This document shows positions 55,906 to 64,000 of a stretch of DNA of 64,000 nt, piece after piece. Source of the DNA: an uncultured Saprospiraceae bacterium (GTDB lineage Bacteria; Bacteroidota; Bacteroidia; Chitinophagales; Saprospiraceae); NCBI GenBank assembly GCA_938008185.1, contig CALLLR010000008.1, positions 1,058-65,057 of the forward strand. Reading direction: 5' to 3'. The notes beneath the pieces were generated by a model. The model saw only the letters and a program-made list of their open reading frames with translations, made no database searches and was not told the DNA's origin. Position numbers and translations under genes: made by a program. The number at the start of each line of letters is the position of its first letter. The first letter of the stretch is position 1.

Positions 55906-57230
55906 TGCAGCTTCATCATATTTACATTACGAACCATTAATAGATAGGTTCTGGCAAAACCAGCACAATCCGTAAAATCCAGACTACTTATTTCCGGGTT
56001 TAATTTAGGAAATTTTTGTCGGTGGGTTTTTACAATATTACGAATGGCCCGCCGAATTCCTTTTTTATCAAAACTCTTTTTTTCTAAATCATAATAAACC
56101 TCCGGGAATCCTAACTCCCTGAAGTATTCCGGCTCCATAATTTGATAATATAAATGAAAGAAAGCACGATCGGGCAAAGGTACCGCATAGTTGAACAGAC
56201 AATAGCCAACAATATATCCGGGAACAGCCAGGGCCGTATCCAGATAACCATTCTGTCGAAACCACTTCATATTTCCTAATTCTCCGTCAATAAAAGACCG
56301 AACCCGGTCGTGACTGGCCGGGTTGGTAATCCCAAAAGTGGACGTAGTCAGGTACATTTCTCTATAGTAATCTGCTGCCAGGCGCTCCAGTAAGGCTTGG
56401 TATTCAGACCTTACTATCGCTACCTTTTCGGCCATAGTCCGATCGTCTTTTGAAAAATATAGACGGTGAATTCTTTCGAGCGCTTCCATCATAAATCCTT
56501 CGGGACAAATGAGATAGTCCAGTTTATAGGCAGTATTTAGTAGATGGTAACCAAGTCCTCCCGGGTATTCTTCTACCGATTTTCCATGATCGGAGATGGC
56601 GTTGACGACTGCTTTTATTTTTTTTGTAAAAAAAGCATATTTGATCTGCTTTTCTTTTTCGCTGATACTCCTTAGATGGTCAACACCAACCAGGGTGATA
56701 TTTTGAAACTCATCTTCCAACAGGTCATCCTGTTTATCGGCGTTGGTCGCCAGTTCTTTTAACGCATAATACAACTTGTAGGGAGAACCGTCCAGGGTAT
56801 ATGTATCAAATTTAATGGTTAATATATCCGACTCATCCAGCGCGAAACGAGCATACTTTAAATCAAAATTCCGACGGATTAGTCGTTCCATAAAAGCCGC
56901 ATCCAGTTGGCTGGCCCGAGCGATTTTGGCTTCCACCACGACTTGCTTTTGGTTGGCAATTCCTTCTATTTTTTTAGACCCCTGAAAAAATTCAAATTTA
57001 ATACCATCCGCATTTTTTTCGTATCGTACATTCTCCACCGAAGGGTCATTCAGGTATTCCAGAAAAGAGGCGTAGGCATCCGTGTAATTTCCTGCCTCGA
57101 ATAGTTCCTGGGCATCATCCCAGGCATCATACTGGTCGGTGGTCTTATAAGCATCTGTGTAGCGACCAAAGTGTACCTTTGGTGCTGCTGCTGCTTTTCC
57201 CGTTCCAAATAATCTGCTGAAAATATTCAT
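55902..57230 (-). CDS. Hypothetical protein with an N-terminal YbjN-like domain
   Basis: FMERLIRRNFDLKYARFALDESDILTIKFDTYTLDGSPYKLYYALKELATNADKQDD resembles YbjN / T3SS-chaperone-like domains. Its stop overlaps the protease start (ATGA). Confidence 0.55.
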   Translation of the reverse strand: MNIFSRLFGTGKAAAAPKVHFGRYTDAYKTTDQYDAWDDAQELFEAGNYTDAYASFLEYLNDPSVENVRYEKNADGIKFEFFQGSKKIEGIANQKQVVVEAKIARASQLDAAFMERLIRRNFDLKYARFALDESDILTIKFDTYTLDGSPYKLYYALKELATNADKQDDLLEDEFQNITLVGVDHLRSISEKEKQIKYAFFTKKIKAVVNAISDHGKSVEEYPGGLGYHLLNTAYKLDYLICPEGFMMEALERIHRLYFSKDDRTMAEKVAIVRSEYQALLERLAADYYREMYLTTSTFGITNPASHDRVRSFIDGELGNMKWFRQNGYLDTALAVPGYIVGYCLFNYAVPLPDRAFFHLYYQIMEPEYFRELGFPEVYYDLEKKSFDKKGIRRAIRNIVKTHRQKFPKLNPEISSLDFTDCAGFARTYLLMVRNVNMMKLQ

Positions 57231-57309
57231 ATCTTAAGGCAAAATGTTGACTAAACATTCGAATAAGCAATTAAAATATAGGCCGTAATTTATTATTAGA
57301 AAAATGCTG

Positions 57310-57388
57310 TTATTTGCCGCTTGCTTCTGGCTACTTGCTTCACTCAACCGCGATAAAAGAGGGCAAGAAGCCAACAGCAAGTAGCAAA
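57310..57388. repeat. Long imperfect palindromic intergenic element (copy B)
   Basis: ttatttgccgcttgcttctggctacttgcttcactc-(13 nt)-gagggcaagaagccaacagcaagtagcaaa. The arms are about 75 percent identical to those of copy A at 38444-38545. Confidence 0.55.
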
Positions 57389-57497
57389 AAGCAAAAAAGC
57401 AACCCTATCTTTTTAAACTAATTTTGCACTATTCGTGACTTTATTTTTAAATGCTGACTCGCATTAAACCTTAAAAGTAATATTTTTGGGCGAAACT

Positions 57498-58460
57498 ATG
57501 CAATCCTTTCGTACCATCTTACCGCCGTTACCGGGTCTACCACAAATACAACCCGACGATCACCTGCTTTGCCTGGGGTCTTGTTTTGCGCAAGAGATCG
57601 GCGACCGTTTTTCGGCTGGACGATGGTCCGTTCGACTCAATCCCTTCGGTACTATTTACCATCCCTTTACAATAGCAGAAGGCTTACTCCGCTTATTGGA
57701 AGGACAACCTTTTGCGGCAGAGGATTTGTTTCATTATCAGGAGCAATGGCACAGCTTTGCCCACCACGGACAATTTTCCGGATCAGATCAGACAGAAACC
57801 CTGACCGCGATCAACCAGGCACTGGCCGCAGGTTTCACTCAATTAAAAAAAGCAAATCTCCTGCTATTGACTTTTGGAACCGCAAATGGATTCGTACATA
57901 CCAAATCAGGACAGGTAGTCGCTAATTGTCATAAATTACCTGGTCAGGACTTTACCAAAAAACTATCTTCACCGGACGCTATTTATAAAAAGTTTGCGCC
58001 TATCTTAGAGCGCATAATTCAGCAATTTCCTAATCTAAAAATCGTTTTGACGGTCAGTCCAATTCGACATCTCCGGGACGGATTGATCGCAAATCAACGC
58101 AGCAAAGCGAGTTTGTTATTAACTTGCGCCGAATTAGAAAAAAACTTTGCAGCAATTCATTACTTCCCAGCTTACGAAATACTAATGGACGATCTACGCG
58201 ATTATCGTTTTTATAAAAATGATTTGATGCACCCCACAAAAATGGCGGTTGATTATATTTGGGAATATTTTAGAAAGAGTTGTTTTCCGGAGGCTACCCG
58301 GATTTATTACGACGAAGTGCTCGCCATTAATCAAATGCTAGCGCACCGTCCTTTGCGGCCGGACAGCTCTGCTCATCAGAAATTTTTGGATCAGCTTAAC
58401 ATTAGAATAGCAGAAATGGAGCAAGAATATCCGGGAAAATATTTTGGACCAAATCAGTGA
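57498..58460 (+). CDS. GSCFA-family protein
   Basis: Contains the eponymous LCLGSCFAQEIG motif. The start is taken at ATG 57498 (the ORF track uses TTG 57486). Confidence 0.85.
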   Translation: MQSFRTILPPLPGLPQIQPDDHLLCLGSCFAQEIGDRFSAGRWSVRLNPFGTIYHPFTIAEGLLRLLEGQPFAAEDLFHYQEQWHSFAHHGQFSGSDQTETLTAINQALAAGFTQLKKANLLLLTFGTANGFVHTKSGQVVANCHKLPGQDFTKKLSSPDAIYKKFAPILERIIQQFPNLKIVLTVSPIRHLRDGLIANQRSKASLLLTCAELEKNFAAIHYFPAYEILMDDLRDYRFYKNDLMHPTKMAVDYIWEYFRKSCFPEATRIYYDEVLAINQMLAHRPLRPDSSAHQKFLDQLNIRIAEMEQEYPGKYFGPNQ

Positions 58461-58479
58461 TTATCCAAAGATTCAACCA

Positions 58480-59652
58480 CTACCCCACTCGCTTTATAGT
58501 GGCCGATTGCCAGCTATTTTCGTTGACGCCTTCCAGTAAAACCAGTCCCGGTGTTTTACCAATCTCTATACTTCCCAGTATTTGCTCGTATCCCAGTGCC
58601 TCGGCCCCGTTGATGGTTGCCCATTCCAGCAATGTCTGAAAAGGTACGTAAGACTTAAAGCGGGCGATCGTTTTCATTTCTTCGAAAATGGAAAGCTGCC
58701 AGTTAGAAGTCAGACTATCTGTCCCGATGGTCATCCGCGCTTGAGTATCTAAAAAAGCCTGATAATCTGGCAGTCGATTTTCGATGTATAAATTAGCGTT
58801 TGGACAAGTAGCCCAGTAAACATTTGGGCTCCAGGAATGTGCCGCCTCAATGTCGCTGGTCGTTGTCAAGGTATTGTGCACAAATAAAGTTTTGCACAAT
58901 GGATCCATATGGTCAATTGCGTAGTAAATAGATGGCTTGTAAAGAGGAACAAAGGTTTTGAGTGCCATCCCAAAATCTTTGTAAAAGTTCAAAAAATCTC
59001 CTTTTCCCGTTAGAAATAAATCGTTTTCAGCAAGGGTTTCCTGATTATGAATGCTGACGGTTTGCCCTACGTGATTGACGCTGTTTATTTTTTGAAATAG
59101 CTTTTCGGATACCGTATACGGAGCGTGTGGGACAACACTTTTTTTATTACCGTCGATTCCGGCCTGAGTAGAAAAAACGGACATATATTTTTCAAATTCA
59201 CTATCGGTCAATCCTTCATTTAAAAAATCAAACATTTCTACGAAGGTATAATAGTGCAATGAACTCGCTAATTTCTGGATAGCCGTATCCGTCTTATTAG
59301 AGATATCCCCTACCGCAACAATTCCTCCTTTGTACATTTCCTCATCTGCCTTACGAATGGCGTCCATAATTTCTTCTTCGGGAAAATCACGAAACTTAAC
59401 GACGCTGGTAATGAAAGGAATCAACCCTGTCCCGGTGCCTACCTTTCCACGCATGTGAGACAGTTCTAAATGACAATGTGTATTGACAAATCCAGGTATG
59501 ATAATTCCATGATACTTTTCCAAAGAAGTCGGATCGTGACCTCGTTTTTCTTCCACCGCTAAAATTTTTCCTGTATCGTCCAAGACGATTACTCCGTTTT
59601 TGATAGGATCATGAGTGACAGGATAGATAAAATCTGCGGTAATTTTTTTCAT
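58480..59652 (-). CDS. Metal-dependent amidohydrolase (nucleoside/aminofutalosine deaminase-like)
   Basis: [13 protein letters not shown] metal-binding motif, then HAPYTVS and TDS motifs further on. Confidence 0.8.
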   Translation of the reverse strand: MKKITADFIYPVTHDPIKNGVIVLDDTGKILAVEEKRGHDPTSLEKYHGIIIPGFVNTHCHLELSHMRGKVGTGTGLIPFITSVVKFRDFPEEEIMDAIRKADEEMYKGGIVAVGDISNKTDTAIQKLASSLHYYTFVEMFDFLNEGLTDSEFEKYMSVFSTQAGIDGNKKSVVPHAPYTVSEKLFQKINSVNHVGQTVSIHNQETLAENDLFLTGKGDFLNFYKDFGMALKTFVPLYKPSIYYAIDHMDPLCKTLFVHNTLTTTSDIEAAHSWSPNVYWATCPNANLYIENRLPDYQAFLDTQARMTIGTDSLTSNWQLSIFEEMKTIARFKSYVPFQTLLEWATINGAEALGYEQILGSIEIGKTPGLVLLEGVNENSWQSATIKRVG

Positions 59653-59682
59653 TGTAAGTGTGTGTGTATATTATGAGTGTAC

Positions 59683-60792
59683 TTAAAACTCCAGGACCAA
59701 CAATCCATTTTTCACCCGGGGTTCAAACCAGGTTGATTTAGGTGGCATGATCGCTCCAGCATCTGCCACTTTAAACAGATCTTCAATCACAACGGGATAC
59801 AAACAGAAGGCTATTTTATTTTCATCTTTACGGGTGCGCTTGGCAATATATTCAAATCCTTTAGGACCTTCTACGTAAGTGATACGATTGTCGGTTTTGG
59901 TATCCTTTATTTTCATGATATTTTTCATTACCTCCTGTTCTAATAGGCTGGCATCCAGGATTACCTTTTCCGTTTTATACTTATTCAGTATTTCTTTTTT
60001 CCATTTTAGTCGGAACCACTCTTCTCCGATCAACATCGTTAGTTCAAATTTTTTACGGGGCTTGGCAGCTTTTTTTAATATTTTGATGTCAAATATTTGG
60101 GAAATTTCTGCCATAAATCTCGCCATGGTTCGATCATCAAGTCCTTCTACTACTCGATTATAATCATAGATAGATAATTCTTTAACCGCAAAAAAAGCAG
60201 CCAGAATCTGATCATACTGTCCTTTCTTCTTTTTTTCTTTCATCTTTTCGGCCATCAATGCGGAGGTGGAACTACGGTGATGACCATCCGCAATATAAAC
60301 ATGCGGCACTTTCTTTACAAAAATATCCTGAATTCTTTGAATAGTCGTTCCCTCTTCAATTTTCCAAATAGTATGCTTCTCCAGACTATCTTCAAATGAG
60401 ATACTAAAGAAAGGTTTTATTTTTTTGATCTGCTGATCGATAATTTTTTCTATCGCATCAACCGTTGGATAGGTAACCAGAATTGGTTTTACGGCTGCGC
60501 CCCGTTTAATCATCAATTGGAGCTGCTGTTGCTCTTTACTGGCCAGCGTATTCTCGTGTTTTTTTATTTTATTATTAAGATAATCCTGAACTGTGGCACA
60601 TCCGATTAATCCAGTGTAAGCTTTGTCATCCGTTTTAATTTGATAAATATAGATGGCATCTTCGGCAGATTTTTGAAAAAAGTCGCTTTTTCGATAATCC
60701 GAATAAGACTCTTTCACAGTAGCGAAAAAGAAATCAGCGGACGTAATATATGCTAGGTTGGGATACACTGCCTGAAAAGGATTAATCTCCAT
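59683..60792 (-). CDS. DUF1015-family protein
   Basis: N-terminus MEINPFQAVYPN... and internal YIADGHHRS are typical of DUF1015. Confidence 0.75.
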   Translation of the reverse strand: MEINPFQAVYPNLAYITSADFFFATVKESYSDYRKSDFFQKSAEDAIYIYQIKTDDKAYTGLIGCATVQDYLNNKIKKHENTLASKEQQQLQLMIKRGAAVKPILVTYPTVDAIEKIIDQQIKKIKPFFSISFEDSLEKHTIWKIEEGTTIQRIQDIFVKKVPHVYIADGHHRSSTSALMAEKMKEKKKKGQYDQILAAFFAVKELSIYDYNRVVEGLDDRTMARFMAEISQIFDIKILKKAAKPRKKFELTMLIGEEWFRLKWKKEILNKYKTEKVILDASLLEQEVMKNIMKIKDTKTDNRITYVEGPKGFEYIAKRTRKDENKIAFCLYPVVIEDLFKVADAGAIMPPKSTWFEPRVKNGLLVLEF

Positions 60793-61008
60793 TGCAAGAT
60801 AATTAATAGATGACCCTTGAGAATATTGATAAATTAGATGGATTTATACACAAAATAGTATATTTTCTAATCTATTAAAACGCCATTCCCGCGCTGGATC
60901 GGTGGTATAATTTGGTTAAAAAACTGCAAGATAAAAACTATTGGGGAAAGGCAGGAAAAGTCAAAACAATTTACTACTAAATTTTTAACCCTTATAAAGG
61001 ATAAAGGA

Positions 61009-61509
61009 CTATTTCATCATCTTCATAAATTTACTAATAAACCAGTTGTTATCTGCTTTGATCAGCTTATCTAAGGTCGAATCCGCTTTATTAGAGATTA
61101 TCTTCATATCCTGAATCACCTTACAAAATTCTTCTGATTCACTACACATGCCATCCACACTGCTAACCTCGTCCAATACTTTGAGCATCGGTTCGAGTTC
61201 TTTTTTCTTTCGTTGGATAATAATGCGACGAAATACCTCCCACATATCTTTTTCGGCAATAAAAAATTCTTTGCGCTCTCCTGGCTTTAACTCTTTATAG
61301 ACCAATCCCCAATCAATCAACGCCCGGATATTCATATTAGCGTTACCACGAGAGATTTTTAATTCATCCATGATTTCATCCGCAGATAAACATTCTGGTG
61401 CTAGTAGCAGCAAGGCGTGCACTTGTGCCATTGTACGACTTATGCCCCAACTTGAGCCCAAACTACCCCAAGAATTAATAAACCGATCTCTACCTTCGTG
61501 AACTGTCAT
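61009..61509 (-). CDS. GbsR/MarR-family transcriptional regulator
   Basis: FINSWGSLGSSWGISRTMAQVHALLLL...LSADEIMDELKISRGNANMNIRALIDWGLV wHTH pattern. Confidence 0.75.
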   Translation of the reverse strand: MTVHEGRDRFINSWGSLGSSWGISRTMAQVHALLLLAPECLSADEIMDELKISRGNANMNIRALIDWGLVYKELKPGERKEFFIAEKDMWEVFRRIIIQRKKKELEPMLKVLDEVSSVDGMCSESEEFCKVIQDMKIISNKADSTLDKLIKADNNWFISKFMKMMK

Positions 61510-61643
61510 GATTTTTTATTTAAAAAAACGGTATCCAAAGGGGAAATAAGATTTTACCTGATATTGTTCATCGAAGATGAAGAATATTTTTATTTAATTA
61601 AACAACATCTAAGCCTGCAGATCCAGTCAGTCAGACTTCATGC

Positions 61644-62750
61644 TCAATTACCTTTATAAAAAGGGAGTTTGGTTAGCACGGCAGGGAGTCGTTTTTTACC
61701 CACCACAATCATCACCGTTGTACCCACTTGATCAAAGCCTTTTTTCACATATCCCATTCCTATAGGAATATCTAGTGACGGAGACTGGGTTCCAGAAGTT
61801 ACTTCACCAATCAGGTTTCCTGCCTCATCTTCGATTTGGTATCCGTGTCGGGGCACTCTTCGGTCAGATAAAGTAAATCCCACCAGTTTTTGATCAACCC
61901 CGTCCGCCCGCTGTGCCCGAAAGATGTCAATGGAATTGAAATGGTCTTTTTTTGTTTTGGTAATCCAGCCCAAGCCTGCTTCAATAGGAGAAGTGGTGTC
62001 GTTGATATCATTGCCGTAAAGACAATATCCCATTTCGAGTCGTAAGGTATCCCGTGCGCCTAATCCAATGGGCGTCACTTCCACGGCTGGATTGGTAAAT
62101 AAGGCTTGCCATAAAGTCAGCAACTGGTCGCTATTTACGTATAGTTCAAATCCACCCGCACCAGTATATCCCGTAGCAGAGATCAAAACGTTGTTTAATC
62201 CAGCCAGCGTTCCTTTAGTAAATGTATAGTAGGAGAGGCTACTCAAGTCTACTTGGGTCAATGGTTGTAAAAGCGCAGCTGCCTGAGGACCTTGTACGGC
62301 GAGGAGTCCGGTCTGATCCGATATATTAATCATTTTAGCATCAAAGGTATTCTGCTCCGCAATCCAGTTCCAATCTTTTTCAATATTTGATGCATTTACT
62401 ACCAACATGTAAGCCTGCTCACCTTCGGAACAATTATCTTCCGTCAGGCGATATACCAATAAATCATCAACGATCCCACCATTTTTGTTAGGCAAACAAG
62501 AATACTGCGCATCGCCTATTTTTAGTTTGCTAACGTCATTGGAGGTAACGAGTTGTAATAAATTCAATGCCTCTTTGCCTCGGACAATAAATTCTCCCAT
62601 GTGCGATACGTCAAAGACGCCTACTTTTTGTCGAACAGCGGCATGTTCATCTTTAATTCCCTGATAAGAAATTGGCATATTATAACCGGCAAAACCTGCC
62701 ATTTTTGCACCTAGGTCTTCGTGAATCTTTGTTATTGGTGTATTCTTCAT
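61644..62750 (-). CDS. gcvT: Glycine cleavage system aminomethyltransferase (T protein)
   Basis: [26 protein letters not shown]...[10 protein letters not shown]...[11 protein letters not shown] is the canonical GcvT pattern. Confidence 0.92.
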   Translation of the reverse strand: MKNTPITKIHEDLGAKMAGFAGYNMPISYQGIKDEHAAVRQKVGVFDVSHMGEFIVRGKEALNLLQLVTSNDVSKLKIGDAQYSCLPNKNGGIVDDLLVYRLTEDNCSEGEQAYMLVVNASNIEKDWNWIAEQNTFDAKMINISDQTGLLAVQGPQAAALLQPLTQVDLSSLSYYTFTKGTLAGLNNVLISATGYTGAGGFELYVNSDQLLTLWQALFTNPAVEVTPIGLGARDTLRLEMGYCLYGNDINDTTSPIEAGLGWITKTKKDHFNSIDIFRAQRADGVDQKLVGFTLSDRRVPRHGYQIEDEAGNLIGEVTSGTQSPSLDIPIGMGYVKKGFDQVGTTVMIVVGKKRLPAVLTKLPFYKGN

Positions 62751-62791
62751 TTTATTAAATAGTTGGTATAATTTGGTAACAGGTTAGCATT

Positions 62792-64000
62792 TTAATTCTG
62801 AATTTTAATATCTGTAATTCGATCTCCTATTTGCAATTGATTAACGACGTCCATTCCTGATTTTACTTTTGCAAAAATAGTATAGTTCCCATCCAAATGG
62901 GGGGTAGGAGAATGGGTGATAAACCATTGAGTACACTCGGTATGATTTCCAGCAGATGCCATTCCCACGTATCCAGCATCATCATAGTAAGCCATCCCCA
63001 ACTCTGATCGAATCGTATAGTCCAGTCCACCATAGCCGTCTCCACGCGGACACCCCCCCTGAACGACAAAGTTAGAAATTACCCGGTGAAAATTTTTATT
63101 ATCATAAAAATTATTACGCGCCAGTCGTACAAAATTGGACACCGTTCCTGGTGCGTGTTGTAACATCAGCGATAAAGTAATTTCCCCTTTTGAAGTAAAT
63201 ATTTTTGCTTCTGCATCCGGATTAATTCCATCAATTAAATTCCAATCAATAGGGTGGTTATAGCGAGGAGGAAGGTTGGCAGGTGCCGTAACACCGTTAA
63301 AGTAATCGACGGTTTTTTGTAATTCGTATTTTATTTCAATTTCCTTTGGGAGTTCCAGTTTACCCATGGCAGTGGTCATATAATCAAAGCTATCTACTAC
63401 TGCTTTAAAATCCAGGGCAGGCATCCGTAGTACTTTTGCGGCGTAAGCGCTCATGGCAATATCTCCCTTTTCAATCGCTTCTTTGAAATAGCCTGCTAAT
63501 TCTTTTTTTACCCGTCGGGCGCTGGCCCCAAAAAACTTATCAAAATCAGGTCTCATCGCAATCTCCGCCAATGCATCTACACTGGCCGACCGGATGATGG
63601 TCTGCTCCGACTGATATCCTTTTTGATGAATATATTTATAGTTCCAACCGTATTCTGACAACGCTTTTAGTAATCCGGCCTTTTCGTAAACATTATCGTT
63701 GGGTGCCTCGACTCTGGCTTTTATTTCTGCGTTGATATTATTTGTCCTATTGACAAAGTATTTTGGCACATACCGATTCGCCGCTCGCAACAAATTATTA
63801 CGAACTTGCCACGAGAGATTTTCTGTATTTTTAGCAGTATTAAAATAGAGGGTAGCATTCCGCGCATTTCCATAATCAACAAAAAATTGACTCGCCGCCT
63901 GAGCGATATGTTGATTATCACTTTTTAAGGCATTAGTGATCAAGTCCTTCACTTCGTCATATTCGTAATTACTCATAGCCCGAATTACATTTACTCTCAC
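62792..64000 (-). CDS. Cyclophilin-type peptidyl-prolyl isomerase with an N-terminal helical-repeat domain (5' end outside the window)
   Basis: C-terminal FHRVISNFVVQGGCPRGDGYGG...GMASAG...QWFITHSPTPHLDGNYTIFAKV. The ORF is open to the window edge. Confidence 0.8.
   Translation of the reverse strand: MRVNVIRAMSNYEYDEVKDLITNALKSDNQHIAQAASQFFVDYGNARNATLYFNTAKNTENLSWQVRNNLLRAANRYVPKYFVNRTNNINAEIKARVEAPNDNVYEKAGLLKALSEYGWNYKYIHQKGYQSEQTIIRSASVDALAEIAMRPDFDKFFGASARRVKKELAGYFKEAIEKGDIAMSAYAAKVLRMPALDFKAVVDSFDYMTTAMGKLELPKEIEIKYELQKTVDYFNGVTAPANLPPRYNHPIDWNLIDGINPDAEAKIFTSKGEITLSLMLQHAPGTVSNFVRLARNNFYDNKNFHRVISNFVVQGGCPRGDGYGGLDYTIRSELGMAYYDDAGYVGMASAGNHTECTQWFITHSPTPHLDGNYTIFAKVKSGMDVVNQLQIGDRITDIKIQN

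Noticed and set aside
62751-62791. Looked for a glycine riboswitch upstream of gcvT
   Set aside because: Only 41 nt separate gcvT from the upstream cyclophilin gene stop, which is too short for a glycine riboswitch. No GGAGAG...ACCG-type core is seen.

Overview
This is a 64-kb chromosomal segment that looks like Bacteroidota. The evidence is a PorP/SprF gene, a protein with a T9SS C-terminal sorting domain and SprB repeats, several TAnnTTTG -7 promoter boxes, and many OmpA-type and beta-barrel envelope proteins. Most of the window is ordinary housekeeping and envelope content: clpB, thiL, gcvT, formimidoyltransferase-cyclodeaminase, acyl-CoA dehydrogenase, an M1 peptidase, two ECF sigma/anti-sigma modules, glycosyltransferases, NUDIX, cyclophilin, GSCFA, DUF1015 and an amidohydrolase.

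The parts that stand out are:
- A compact minus-strand array of 11 different tRNA genes (45228-46327). Their stems are AT-rich and wobble-rich, several members are non-canonical, and the array is bracketed by an 18-bp direct repeat derived from a terminator-like hairpin family.
- A visibly AT-richer two-gene island (49254-51331) encoding a lipoprotein S8 peptidase and a small membrane protein. A (TTCTG)4 repeat sits in the signal-peptide region, and its copy number decides whether the ATG start is in frame.
- A tightly coupled module of a large ATPase_2-like P-loop protein, a minimal MscS-like channel and a cation/proton antiporter (40647-45132).
- A translationally coupled pair sharing YbjN-like domains, one of them fused to a trypsin-like protease (54781-57230).
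- A nearly perfect 124-bp tandem repeat (30244-30572) abutting a membrane glycosyltransferase gene that lacks a canonical start codon for its first transmembrane helix.
- Two related long imperfect palindromic intergenic elements.

All calls were made by eye from the sequence and the ORF track. No searches or folding programs were run.
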